This document shows positions 1 through 15,700 of a stretch of 64,000 nt of DNA, in pieces. Origin of the DNA: Lama glama (taxonomy: Eukaryota); the NCBI GenBank assembly GCA_028534125.1, contig CM052824.1, positions 61,256,001-61,320,000 on the forward strand, in the 5' to 3' direction. Made by a program: the position numbers and the translations under genes. A model generated the notes under the pieces. That model had not been told where the DNA came from, made no database searches, and saw only the letters and a list, made by a program, of their open reading frames with translations. The stretch's first letter is position 1. Each line of letters begins with the position of its first letter.

Positions 1-1
1 C

Positions 2-3383
<3,382 letters not shown>

Positions 3384-4739
3384 GGCGGGCCGGGCCAGGC
3401 AGCGGCGGGACCCCTGCCCGACCCCCACCTGCCCTGCCGGGCTGCAGCCTGGCAGGCGCCGACCATGGGCCCATTTCCAGAGAGCCCCGACCCTGGGGTG
3501 CTCCCGGGGCCCCTGCGCCTGCTCTGCCCTCCTTGGAGCTGCCCCAACCCCCAGGATGGGGAGGGAGGCAGGAAGGACCCAAGCACTGAGTCTTCTGAAG
3601 TTCCACGTTCCCCCGGGAGATGCTGCATCATCTGGTGCCCCTCACCCCACCCAGGGACCCTGTGTCTTCAAGTGCCCCTTCTCAGGGGGCCTCGGTTGCT
3701 CATGTCACAAACCACTCTCAAGGCCCCATGCCACTTTGTACCCCTCCTGCCTCCCAGGCCTGTGTCACCTCGTGCCCCTCTTTCCCTGGGGCTCATGCCA
3801 CTTTGTGCCCCAGTCTGCCCTCAGGGCCTGTGTCACCTCATCCCCCTACTTTACTGCCCAAGAACACTGACCTGCTAGCTGGGTCCCTCCTACACCCCCA
3901 GCCCCTCCACTAGGCCCTGGGGCTGGCGGCTGGCCACCAGCACCCTTTGAGGGCAGAAGGGGCATCCCATCCAGGGAATCAACCCGTGTACCTCACTTAG
4001 TGACCCCAGCATCCAGGCTGGGCTTCTTGGGTGCTTGGGGGAGGGGGTCCTCTGGCCTGGGACCTCTACCCTGGCTGGGCGGGGGCATCCCAAGGCCACG
4101 TGGCTGGCCACGCAGGCCCTTGGGCCGGCAGCCCCACCCATCCCCGCCTCCTCTAGAGGCACTTGTCCCAGAGCTGGTGACAGGGGCATGGCTCTTCCCA
4201 CCCCTGCATCCAACGTTCTTTGTCACGGACTGAGTGGGTTTTCTATAAGGACCTCATTCTCACTTTGTCTTGTGTCTTTTCTCTGTGGACTCCAGGACCA
4301 CCTTGACCCCCTAGCTCTGCCTGCTGCTGGGGGGAGGCCCCTGCAGCTCGGCCCTGTTCCTCGCCAGCCCTGCCCTCCCCTGGCTGGGCCCACAGGTCCT
4401 TGCTCACCCCCCAGGGCCCTCTGATGCCTTCTGCATTCCCCTTCCCTGGAGCCCTGGGGCAGTGGCTGGGCCTCTCCCCAGCCTGGGCCCTTGGCCAGGC
4501 CAAGGCCAGTTGGCTGGTCACTATGCAAAGGCTGCCCAGGGAGGCTCCATGGGCAGCAAGGTGGGTGCTGACTGGGCCCCCAACTCCCTTACCTGCTGGC
4601 TGTGACCCCTAAAGAGCAGAATTAACTCCTTCCTCTCTCCCTGCTTGAGCTCTGCCCTCACCTCCCACCCTACTGCCTGCATCAAGGCCTTTGCCTGGGC
4701 CTCGGCTGGTGGGATCCGCCTCCGCTCCCGATCACAGTT

Positions 4740-4745
4740 AATAAA
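4740..4745 (+). terminator. Probable ACAP3 polyadenylation signal
   Basis: AATAAA about 1.36 kb after the ACAP3 stop codon. Confidence 0.7.
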
Positions 4746-5808
4746 TGGCCGCTTGCACCCGCTGCCTTGGCTCACGCGCCTCACTCTGCTCTGTCTCATC
4801 TGGAGAGGGAGGGGGTGTCTCTGGGTCCCCTGCTGTCCCCAAGGGGTGGCCCTGCGTGGGGCAGCACCAGTGGTACCCCCAAAAGGATGCAGTAAATGAG
4901 AACCTGATGATCCCTCCAGGGCCCTGACAGTGGCCTGGGCTCCTCTGATTAAAACCAGCTCCTGATAACCCCAACTCCCATTCCCAGTTCCTCTGCCCTT
5001 CCCTGGGACGGATGCCAACTGGCCAGGCTGGCCTGGGCCTGGGCAAGCCCTGGCCCCCATCCTCCTGTCCCCCTCTCCCGCAGCCTCTGTGGCTCCAAAG
5101 ATGTGGAGGTGCAGCCCAATGTTTTCAGCTCACTCAGGGAAGGGCTGGGGTGGCAGGCGCACACTCTAGCCACCAGGGGGAACTGTCCTGACTTCTGTTG
5201 TGAAGCAGCCCAAGGCCACTGAGTGCCTGGGCCTGGCCCAGCCCTTCCTCCCAAGGCCCTGAGCTGAGGGCGGCTCTGTCTGATGCCTGCACACACCTAC
5301 ACATAGTCGTAAACTGGTGTATTGACGCACTCAGAGACACATAGACATATGACACTGACACTAAACACAGACACACTCCCATGCGGAGGTATACCCGCCC
5401 CCACATGTGCACACACTCATGCACGTGGGTAGATATTCCATCACAACTGAGATGTGGAATTCCAGAGTGGTGGGGACACTGCCCTCCTGGCCCCGGCCCT
5501 CCGTGAGGCCACCACTGGGCAGATTAGTGGGGCCAGTGAGGGGCCCCATGTACTGGGTGCCCGGGTGCCTGCCTGCTCTAGTGTTGCTGCTTCCTGGGCC
5601 CTGGGTTTGGCTTGACTGGCCAGGGAGGGCCCTGTGGGGCTGCACCAGCCCATACTGGCCAGCCAGGAGAGCCCACTGACGCCACAGTCCCTAGGATCAG
5701 ACCAGGCTCAGGCTGGCTCCAGTGTCAGGTGTCTCTGGGACCCACCCCTGGCCTAGCTCTTCAGCTGACACTACTGCCAGAGCCCCGGCAACGTTGTGGG
5801 AGATGAGG

Positions 5809-8800
5809 TCAGCCAGGCCCCTGGACGTCTGATGTGCCCCCAGCCACAGGGCAACTGGCTGGCCTCTGGCTTGGCGTGGGCGCCCTCGTGGCTGCCCTGG
5901 GCTGGCCCCGAGCCGCGTGGAGCCGGCGGCAGCACAGCAGGAAGGTGAGGGCCGTGGCATCCAGCAGGAGCTCCAGCACCTCCAGGACTGAGAGGACGGA
6001 GGAGCCGAACCACAGGCTCCAGAGGCTGCCCATGGCTGAAAGCAGCCGCGGCACCTGCGGGCGACGGCGGGTGTCAGCGGGCCGTGAGCTGGGCGCCCGG
6101 GGTGGGGGCCCTGCTCCCTCCCCCACCCTGGGGCCCTGGCTGGCTCACCGAGTAAATGGGCGTCTCGTCCACTGTGCGGTAGTTGAGCTCCTGGTAGAGA
6201 ATATTCACCTTGGCAAGGTTGCTCCTGGAGCAGGACAGAGACGAGGGAGGGGCTGGGCCCTGGACTGACGCTGGGCCTCCTCGGGGAACTGAGGGCCGAG
6301 GACGGCAGGGGGCAGGGCCCAGACATGAACTCTGGAGGACGGGTGCACCCACCTGGGGCTTGGGCTCCTGTGGCCTGGCTTGCCCAGCACGGACAGGATC
6401 CAATCCTGCACACGGAAGGCTCGCTGGGGCCACTGTTCCTCCCAGCCCCAGGCACAGCGGGGCGGGATGAGGGCAGCACCGTGGGGACACAGGCCCGTCT
6501 AGGGAGAGCTCTCTGCCCGTGAGGCGTACCTGCTGGCCCGCCCCTCACCCCACCCCTTCAGGGACTCACGGCTGACTTGGAGGAAGGCCACCTGGAGGTC
6601 CCTGCAGAAAGCCTGAACGAAGACTCCCTGGGAGAGACAGAACTTGTCACAGCCCTGTGCGGTGCCTGGGCCATGCCCTACCCAACACCTGCTGCTCACC
6701 TGCAAGGCCTGGGGCAGCGGGAGGCGCAGGGAAGCCGGTGGGTCCCCAGGTCCCTGTAGAGGCGGTAGAAGCAGTGACCTGGGGAGAGGGTCACAGGTGA
6801 ACCTGTTAGGAGCCACCCACAGGTGGTGCGGGGGCGCCAGTGGGGGGGCAGGGCGAGGGCTCACCCCAGGCCGGGTGCCGCACGTAGCTGCAGTACTCAG
6901 CCCCCGCAGGCAGCGGGTAGAAGTAGTAGCCGCAGGAGCAGGTCTGCACCATCAGCTGCTGGAAGCAGGAGACCAGGCAGGCCTGGGGGGACAGCAGGGG
7001 ACTGGCGCTGGGAGTCCTGGAGTGGCCATCCCTCTCCCAGGGTGCCTGCTGCCTGCCCTCCCCCAGCCCCTGCCTCCCTGAGCTCTACTTCCCCTGATTC
7101 CTGACCTCCTTGCCCTGGCCTCCCCGACCCTCACCCCCACCCCCTCCCTGGGCCCCCTCCCGGGCCTCCCCCGACCAGCCCAGGCTCACCTGCATGGTGT
7201 AGGAGGCGTTGTACAGCAGCGGCACGTCCACGCCTTCGGTGCTGTCGGTACATTGCCCGTAGGGGCTCCCGAGCCAGTGCACCTCGTCCTGGGGGGAGGG
7301 GTACTTCAGTCCTGCCAGGCTACCCTCAAGGCCCCAGGGCTGGGCATGGAGGTCGGGAGCCTGGAGGCTGGGGCAGCCTACCTCTCGGATGCCAATGGTG
7401 GTCTCTGTCCCTGGCCGGACGCTGAAGCCTCGGTGCTCCAGGAAGGGGGTGTGGTCACGCTTGTGGATCATGATCTTGATGCCGGCCTCCGTGGACAGCA
7501 GAGGGAGGTGGTCCTGCTGCTCAGTCCTGAGGACCAGGCTGATCCCTGGGGGAGGCTCAGGGTGAGGCCATACTGGCCTGGACACCCCCACCCATACCCG
7601 GCCCAGGCCGGCACTCACCATGGGTGATGCCCGGGCACTGTGTGGCCCAGATGCCATCGAAGGTGTAGCAGCTGCCGTAGGTGGGGTGGTGGGATGTCTG
7701 GAAGTGCCTGGAACGAGCGGCCACGCTCAGGCCAGCACACCTCCTTGACCCCTCACCCTGCTGCTTGCAGCCCCAAAGGACCACCACCTGCCTTATTTCT
7801 GGAGGGAGCTGTTCGGCCACAGACCACTGGGTGGGGCCGAGGGGAGCGGCTGGCCGCCAGCCTGCACTCACCGGGCCTGGCAGTCCTGGCCGTCGTAAAG
7901 GCAGGAAAAGATGAAGCGGCTGCCAAGGCTGCGGTGATGGTCCTCATGGGCAGGGGGCAGCAGGGCCAGGATGTTCACATAGTGGAAGCGGTACCACTCG
8001 CGGGCAGCTGTCACGCCTGAGGAGTAGGCCCGATGGATGCAGTCACCGCCAGAGCTGTTACACTGTGGGGTGTGGGTCAGTGTGGAGGCAGCCTGCCCCC
8101 GAGCCCCACAGAGAGCCCCAGAGGGCGATGGCATGCCGGGCCCCCCCAGGGCCAGGACACTCACCAGTCTGAAGCCCACTCTGTTCTGGCCGCCCAGGGG
8201 GCTTAGCTTCTGTAGGCGGACCCCGCGGTCCAGCTGGAAGTGGGGCTCGGGGCCCAGGTCTTCGGCCGCCAGGGGGTCCCGGGTCTTGCTGACGCTGACC
8301 CCATACAGGGAGTAGATGTTTTCCTGGGCAAAGTCGTCCAGTGCCTGCAGATGGCGGCGGGCTGGGCGCGGCCTGGGTGCAGAGTGAGGGAGGGGGCCAG
8401 CAGAGTCAGAGCCAGCCCCCAAGGGCCCTGCTGTAGCCACAGGCACTGACGCTGAAGGGCATCGAACAGGACAGCAGCCCCCACCCCCACCCCACCGTCC
8501 TCTGGAGCCCGGAAGGGAGCTCTGAATCGGGAGCCAGGGCTGCAGAGGGAAGTCAGACCCCCAGCCTGGCCTGGCCCCCAACCTGGTGACCCCACCACCC
8601 TCTGGTGTGTTCACAGCCCCTCCCTGTCTTTGCTCCTGCTGCCTCCTCACCTGGAATGTGGCCCTGCTCCCTTCTCCAGGGCACCCGTGATCAAAGTCCA
8701 GCTCCAGGCTGCCCTCCCGGAGAGCACCCCCACCTCTCCTCCCCCTCCCTAGGTTGGCCAGTGCCTGTGTGTCGCTGCAGGGTGGCACTGGTCACACCAA

Positions 8801-11111
8801 GCTTCACCTGCCCATTAGCTCCGCCCCGGGGCACTGGAGCGGGGCAGGTCACCCATGATGGGGGCTTCATGAGCCAGCAGGGCTCCCACTGCGACCGCAT
8901 GTGGGGAGAGCCCCAGGCTGGCCCCAGCCCTCACCGGTGTGGGTTCATGTCACACAGAGTGACCGACGGGAAGAGCTTCCGCTCCGAGTGCAAGGACACG
9001 GTCATGATGACTGGGTAGCGCCAATACTGCTCGAAGAGGAGCCCAAACTGCCAGTAGAGCATGCCCAGGGTGCCCACGAGCAGCAGCCCCCAGGACACCG
9101 TCTTGAGGCGGTTCTGGCTGGAGCAGATGAGGCGGATGGAGCCGTGGATGGTGGTGTTGGTGCAGAAGAAGGTGACCAGCTCTCTGAAGGAGGCATGGAA
9201 CTCCACTAGCCTCTCCCCACACTCCTCCTCGAGCTTCCGGGTCCCAGGCCCCCCACCAGCTTCTGGGGCCCTGGCTCCAGCCTGTGTCAGAGAAGTGAGC
9301 CTCAGCAGGGCTTCAGCTGCCCGGCCAGACTCCCTCCCCAACAGGTCTCCCCACCCCGGCCCCTCGGACCTCCCCTCTCTGTCCCTGGGACTCCCGGTCA
9401 GTCGTGTCCCTCAGCCCCAGGGGCTCGGCCCAGCCTGTGGATGCTCAAAGGAGGCCCGTCAGCAGCTTGTCTATGCTACAACTGCCCCTGAAGCCATCCC
9501 CCGGTGACACCTGGCAGGGCACTAGGTGGCTTCCTCAGGCACGTCCTATCGCGGCCAGAGCTGAGCCTGGGCGGTAGGGTCAGGGACAGCAGGGGACATG
9601 GCATCTGGGCTGCGCCTGGCCTCATTTACAGGAGGCTTGAGGCTGGGTGGGTCTCTGCTGCTGTCCGACAAAGGAGAAGAGGGCCTCTGTGGAGGGGCAA
9701 ACAGGTGACCTGCTTGGGGTGGGCCTGGAGCCCCATGTTGGGAGCTGACTTGACGATGGCCTCCACCAGCCCTCAGCAGCCAGCACAGCCACACTTGACC
9801 AGGACTGATGGGGCCGGGCAGGTCTGGCCACATCTGGGCCGAGGGTCGGGGGTCAGAGCTGAGTGCTGCTCGTCACCGTGGGCCCGGGCTGGGTGCACTG
9901 TCCACTGAGCTAAGCCCCCAGGGACACTCCATTTGTGGGCCTCGGGCAGAGGCTGGCGGGCCAGACAGTGATGGGGACCTGAAGGACAGAGGGGAGTGGA
10001 CCCAAGGTCTGCCTGGCTCTCAGTGCTCCCCTGGAGGCTCCAGCGTCCCAGGACCCAGATGCCCGAGCCCACAACGGGGACATGGGGCCCTGACCAGGTC
10101 AGGTCTACTGGCCCGGTACACGTGCTGAGTCACTGCCTGGGTTTCCCGTGGACTTTCCATACTGTCCCCATCTTGGTCTGACTCTTCAGGCCTTTGTGCA
10201 CCTGGGTGCCGTTTCCTGGGCTCCAGCCCGCTCTGGCCACCCAGTTGGACCTGAGCTGGCACCTGAGGAGGGGGCTGAACCAGGAAGCATCCGCTGTACC
10301 TTGGCCAGCACCTGCTGGCCCCATAATCCCCAGTGGGCTGCTTCCCTGAGCTCTAGTCTCAGATGTGTTGGAGCAAGCCAGGCAGCTGCATGGGGCCCCA
10401 GCTATGAGGTGGTGGTGGATCAGCCTCGGCCTCAGGTTTGGGGAGGCAGCCCGGCCAGGAGCCCTGCTGGCATGGCGGCCGGTGGTGGGTCCCATGCGGC
10501 CCAGGGCAGCACCTGCACCTGTGTCCCATGATCATACTGAGCCCTCACAGGTAAGGCAGGACCTGCAGCCACGGGATTCAGGTGAGGCAAAAGGGACTCC
10601 AGAAGGTTCTTTTTGACCCCAGTAACCACATTTCTCTTCCCTGAGACTCACACAACAGACCAGGCCCCTCCCACCCCAGTGGGGGCTGCCAGGGCAGGAG
10701 GAGGGAGGCTCTGGAGGGCTTCCTTAGATGGGGTGGGGCCCAGACACTGGGGCAACACGCTGGGGCGAGCGCGGGCACCGCAGGTCCCAGATGCCTCCGC
10801 CGCGGCAGGAGCCGGGTGCACGGCCCCTTCACCCAGCACACACGTGCACACACATGCGTGTGCACACACTCCTCTCCCACACAGCAAGCCCTTTGTCAGT
10901 TCAGTGGGGCTGCACAGTGAAAGGCGTGTACAGAAGCACTGCCCTCGCCCTGCGTGTGCGTAGGTTCCAGCTGCCATGAGGAGCGCAGCCCCTCCACTTT
11001 GGCTGGGGAGACCCGGGTGATGGCCTGCTGGCTGTTCCGGCCAGGGCTGGGGAGCCCACCTCAGGGCCCCGGTACCTCGAGGCGGCAGCCTCCCTGTGCA
11101 GGCGCCTCCAT
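5809..11111 (-). CDS. SCNN1D: Epithelial sodium channel delta subunit, intact, about 587 aa
   Basis: 13 coding exons on the minus strand: 11111-11076 ([12 protein letters not shown], similar to human MEAATRGGSHLQ; in-frame TAG upstream), 9281-8935, 8372-8165, 8062-7872, 7707-7619, 7545-7382, 7288-7190, 6982-6865, 6778-6700, 6627-6570, 6405-6353, 6224-6149, 6054-5809. Total 1764 nt in frame. Motifs: TTIHG before TM1, FPSVTLC, WYRFHY, Cys-rich thumb, and [16 protein letters not shown] in TM2. The start exon is less certain than the rest. Confidence 0.95.
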
Positions 11112-12219
11112 CCTCCTGCTGTGGGTGACTGGGATGATGGCAGTGCGGCGACGGCTCTAGCTGTGAGAAATCGGGCTGTGGCCCGACACTGGCCAGGCAG
11201 CCTCCTATGTATAACAGGCTGGGTGTGGGGAGAGGCAGCAGGGAGGGGCCTAGCTGGGGGCAGCCACACCTGCTTTGGTCCCGGAAAGGGAAGCCTTCGG
11301 GGGCCAGGAGGGAGTTCTCCCCACCCTACACCTCCACCTCGCGAACCTTTCTTGCCCGATTCCTGGGAGCCAGGTCTGGAGCCCTGACCCTGGCTGGGCA
11401 TGAGGAGCTTGGGGTCTCTGGAGGGGAAAGGAGTACCTGTGTTGGGCTGAGAGCTGTCTGGATGTCCCGTCTGCCCTCCCCTGAGCAGACTCCACTGGCT
11501 CTCACGGCTACTCCTGCTCCAGCAGACCCCACAGGCCCTGATCCTCCCCTCCCTGCCCATTCTCCTACCACGCCTGCGGGGGGTGCCTGCTCGCCACCAC
11601 CTGCCTGGCTCTGACCACTGGCGTTGGTGGCTAAGGGTTGCTGGGCAGGGGCCTCCATTCCCAGGACACAGGTGCCCCTCAGGACCAGCACCTAGCCCTG
11701 AGACAGGCGCTGATGGTGGTGACAAGCTGGGCCCTGGTGAGGAGACAGCACCTGTGACGTGCCAGCAGACCACAGGGCACCCACAAAGACAGCACAACAC
11801 ATGCTCAGAACACATACCAGAGTCAAAACTGCACCATCTCTGAGGCTGAAACCCTCAGCCCAAGTGTGGTTGTGTGAGGCCAGATGGTGTGCTGAAGGCA
11901 GGACAGCCCCTAGCCTCACTGGCCCCACTGGGGGACCCAACATGGCCCTAGGATGACCCAGAGACTTTGCCATCCCAAATGACCAGGCCCCCAGTCTGGT
12001 CTCAGGTTTTAGGGGTCACCTTCCCAGGCAGGCTCTGGATTCCTGACACCCCACCTCAGATCAGTGCTGAGGACCTGGGCTGGGATGAGGAAGGGAGCCC
12101 TACCCCACTAGGCCCTTCTGGTGGGGCCTTGGCTCTGAGGAGGTGTGAGGTCACCGGCCTCGTGGCTTTGGAAGGAGGAAGATGGCCAGTGGGGACACCT
12201 GGGAGAGGGAAGTCAGGCT

Positions 12220-12400
12220 TGGGGCAGAGCTGAACCTGGACTCATCTGGGTGTGGGTGCGAATCACAGCTTTGTCACTTACCTGCTGTTCGATGCCCAAG
12301 TTACTCAACCTCTCTGTGCCCATTTCCTCAAGTACAAAGTGGAGCTGAGTTTCCCCTTTGTGCTCAAGGCTCAGAGATGATACCAACTGATGTCACTGGT
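12220..12400 (+). mobile_element. MIR SINE remnant
   Basis: MIR core-like text: gaatcacagctttgtcacttacctgctg...caagttactcaacctctctgtgcccatttcctc. Confidence 0.65.
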
Positions 12401-14349
12401 GTGAAGACTTCCCCCCTGGGCCAGCATCAAACCCCCAGACTCACACAGGCCTGGGGTGTCTTAGGCCCACTGTCCCTGAGCGACCTTCCTTCAGAGGGGG
12501 TGGGCCAGGTTACTGAGGGGTAGGGGGCACACTACCCTGGGGGAAGCCTCTCACAGAAGAGGAAAGTCTTTAGAACTGGAGTCACCTGTGTCTCCAAGAG
12601 TCAGAAAGGTTGTTAAGGTGAGCCGCAGGAGCCTAGGTCTAGCCAGAGGGTCCTGGGCAGCCAAGGGCAGCTTGCAGGCAGCAGGAGCCTGGTCTTCCTG
12701 TGTTGGAGTGACCCTGGCCAGGGCCCGGAAGGGCTGCGATGCGTCATGCCCCGCGAGGCTTGAGGCACATCCAGGCAGGAGGCAGAAACCCACTTCCCTC
12801 CTTCTGAGGAGGCCGCCCCAGAGCACGGGACGGAGGGCACAGAGACTGCGTCCAGGGGCAGCAAGGCTGGCAACCACCACCCTCTTCCTGGTGAGGCCCC
12901 CGGAGGAGCAGGAGATCCAGGCTGGGGCAGGACAGGGCGTCCCCAGCTCCAGAAATGACATGGGCCCGTGGGGCCACTCCGTGATGGCTGTGTGTTGAAA
13001 GGATTAGAGAAGGGACAGGCAGAGGGCCCTGCATCCCTGCCCTCTCCCCAGAAGGATGGCTGGCCCCAGCCCTGAGGACAGCTGAGTGCAACCCTGCTGG
13101 GCCCAGGGTACTGAGGCATCCGCTTCCAGGCCGGGGCTGCCCTGCAGACTGTGGGCACCTGGCGTCTGTGGGACCCGGGCTCAGCTTCCTCACTTGTGGG
13201 TGTTCCCGTCCTCGGGGGCAGCTCAGAGTTGGCCCTGGGGGTGTGCCAGCACAACCTTGGGGGTGAAGTCTGAGCCCAAGGACTCCGTGTGTGCCCTGGT
13301 AGGCTGGGGTCATTCTCCCTGGGCCTGGGGTTGGTCCACCTGGAGTGCCTCCTGCAGGCAGGTAAGAGCCCTCAGTGGTACAACTGCAGTGTTGTACCAT
13401 CCGCGCCCCCTAGGCACTGACCGCGGGGCCTCCTGTCACCACGGAGGGGCTCCTCCAGGTACCAGCAGCTGGGGCGGGCATGGTGGGGGCTCAGGGTCTG
13501 GCCACGTGTCTGCCTCCCACCTGTGCTCGAATCCCCTGACACCTTGGGGTGGCCTCCCTTACACAACTCTCCACAGGCTGAATAAAAGCAGCTGGGCCTG
13601 CCCTGCCTGGGGGTGGCAGCGCCCTGGAGGAGGCAGAGGAGGGAAGGGGGTGCTGAGAACTTTCTGAGTGCAGCAGCAGGAGGTGGGTCTGGGGACTGCC
13701 AGCCTCCCCAGAAGGAAGGAGGGCCAGGGCCAGGTAACACTGCAGGCTGGATTCCCACAGGCTGACTCACCTGGTGGTGGACTGGTGGACAATGGGTACC
13801 CCTCTGCCCAGGGCCTGGGGCCAGCCCTGCAGTGGCCACTAAGATCCTGCCTGAGGTGCTGTGGGTGGGCCAGACTCAGAGGTGAGTATGGCCACTCACC
13901 CACCCTCTACCAGTGGCCATGGCTGGCCCTCTTGGTCCTTGGAGTCCACTGGCAGCTGTCATGTGGTCAGTCACCTTGTTGACTGGCAATCTATCTCAGG
14001 AGGCAGGCAGGGTCATGGTCAAGGGTGAGAACTTGGGATTTGAATCCCAATTCTGCTGTACAGATCCACGTGGCTCTGCCTAGCGACAGCCCCCCTGGCT
14101 CCATCCAGGCTGATGACCACAGTCAGGGCGGCATCTCCCCAGGGACAGCCCAGCCCCGACTTGGCAGGTGGGCGGTGGGGAGTGTGCTGGCCTGCCCAGA
14201 CCCCCACCCATCTGCCATCCTCATGGCCTCCAAATGTTCCCCAGGCAGATGTGGGGTGGAGACCACAGCTCCAGGCCCTGTGGTCAGGGCTTTCTCTCGA
14301 TGCTGTCCTGGGAACAGTACCCTCTGCTCCCAGGGCCTCGCCTGCCACC

Positions 14350-14391
14350 CCACCTTCCTCCTCTGCCTCCCCACCTTCCTCCTCTGCCTCC
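14350..14391. repeat. Perfect 21-bp tandem duplication
   Basis: ccaccttcctcctctgcctcc x2. Confidence 0.9.
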
Positions 14392-14799
14392 CCCGCCCCC
14401 AGGGCCAGGGAGGGGACCGTGGGAATGGAAAGCCGGCCTCAGTGCAGCGTCCACTGGTGCATAATGACCCTATTCATGGGTTGGGTGGAAAATTCGATCG
14501 GGAAACAGTGCAACTATTTTTATGAGGACAGTTCTCCCAATAGGCAGGGCCTGGGCAGGCTTGCCCACGGCGGACCCCACCTGGCACAGGTTCCAGCAGG
14601 GCTCCGGGTCCCATCGCTCACTGTGGCCACACAAAGCCACCTGGGACCTGAATCTCAGGGGCCCCGGGTGGTTCTGCCACTGGGGCCTGGGGCCCCCGCG
14701 TGCCTCCCACACTCTCCTGTTAAGTCGGCACAAGAACTAGGACCCCCCAGACTGGACTGGGCCGATCCTTAGAAAGGGGGCCATAGGGACAGTGGAGGT

Positions 14800-15700
14800 C
14801 CTGGTGTACCCGGGCGGGGCTCACGCCGGCGCCGCGGGGGTCACCCTTTAAGTGGGCCTGTCTTCCCGGGGAAGGCCGGAGATCGTGAGGAGGGAACGTG
14901 GGGGTCCGGGACCCTTGCAACCGGTGACTGCCCCCGGAGCCACCAGCCAGCCAGAGCTATGGCGGAGGGATGTTCGAACCAGGAGGCCTTGGCTGGCGAA
15001 TCAGACCGCCGCGGGGCTCAGGATCCGCCCCGCGGAGCTGCCCGCCAGTGCGCACGCGCAGACTGTTTCTGCCGCAGGGGGCCGGAGGCGGCAGCGAGAC
15101 GCCGGCTACGTCCGCCTGGTCGCCTAGAGCGGCCACCCACGGCGAACTGCGCCCCGGAACCGGAAGTGGGGACGGTCCCGCCCCTCTAGCGGCCATCTTG
15201 GAAGCTGAGGAGGAGGCGACGGCGGCGGCGACGGCGGCGGCGGTGGTGGTCAGGTGGGCTCGGTCCCGGCGCGGTGCGGCTGTGCGGCGCGGGCCCCACT
15301 CTTCCGCTCCCTGCTCCGGCCTCGACCACGGCGAGCCCGAGCGCGGCGGCGGCCCACCTGCGGCGACGGGAAGAGGTGAGCGCGTGCCGCGGGCCTGCTC
15401 CGGGGCCTCGGCCGCGCGTCCGCCCTGCCGGAGCCGGCCCGAGCGGCGGGCGCGGGGCCCCTCGCACGGTCCGTCCCCGCCCCATCCACGCTCGCGGGGC
15501 CCGGCTCGGAGCTTCCGTGCGCGGAACCCGAGGTCGGTTACGGCGGGGCGCCCGGGGCTTCGGGCCGGGTCGTCTTTCGGCCACCTTGGGCATTCTGTTA
15601 GCCACACGGTTAATGTCCCACGGAGGAGTCTCTTGTTAGTGGCAACCTTGCGGGCACCGCTAGGACGAGCCGGCGTAGAGCTTGGTTTGTAACGTGTCCT
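14800..15700 (+). promoter_or_regulatory. UBE2J2: CpG-island promoter and non-coding exon 1 of UBE2J2
   Basis: High CpG density. NRF1 site TGCGCACGCGCA at 15049-15060, ETS site CCGGAAGTG at 15160-15168, YY1 site GCGGCCATCTT at 15189-15199, a GGC-rich 5'UTR, and donor CAG|GTGGGC at 15253/15254. Confidence 0.85.

Noticed and set aside
9710-9736. Alternative SCNN1D start exon MGLQAHPKQ on the minus strand
   Set aside because: In phase, but the donor GTCACC is poor and it shows no similarity to the known N-terminus; 11111-11076 fits better
5809-11111. SCNN1D as a pseudogene
   Set aside because: All 13 exons have GT-AG ends and splice into an uninterrupted 587-aa frame with both TM helices
11200-14800. 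Possible lncRNA between SCNN1D and UBE2J2 (AATAAA at about 13581)
   Set aside because: No exon structure can be supported from sequence alone
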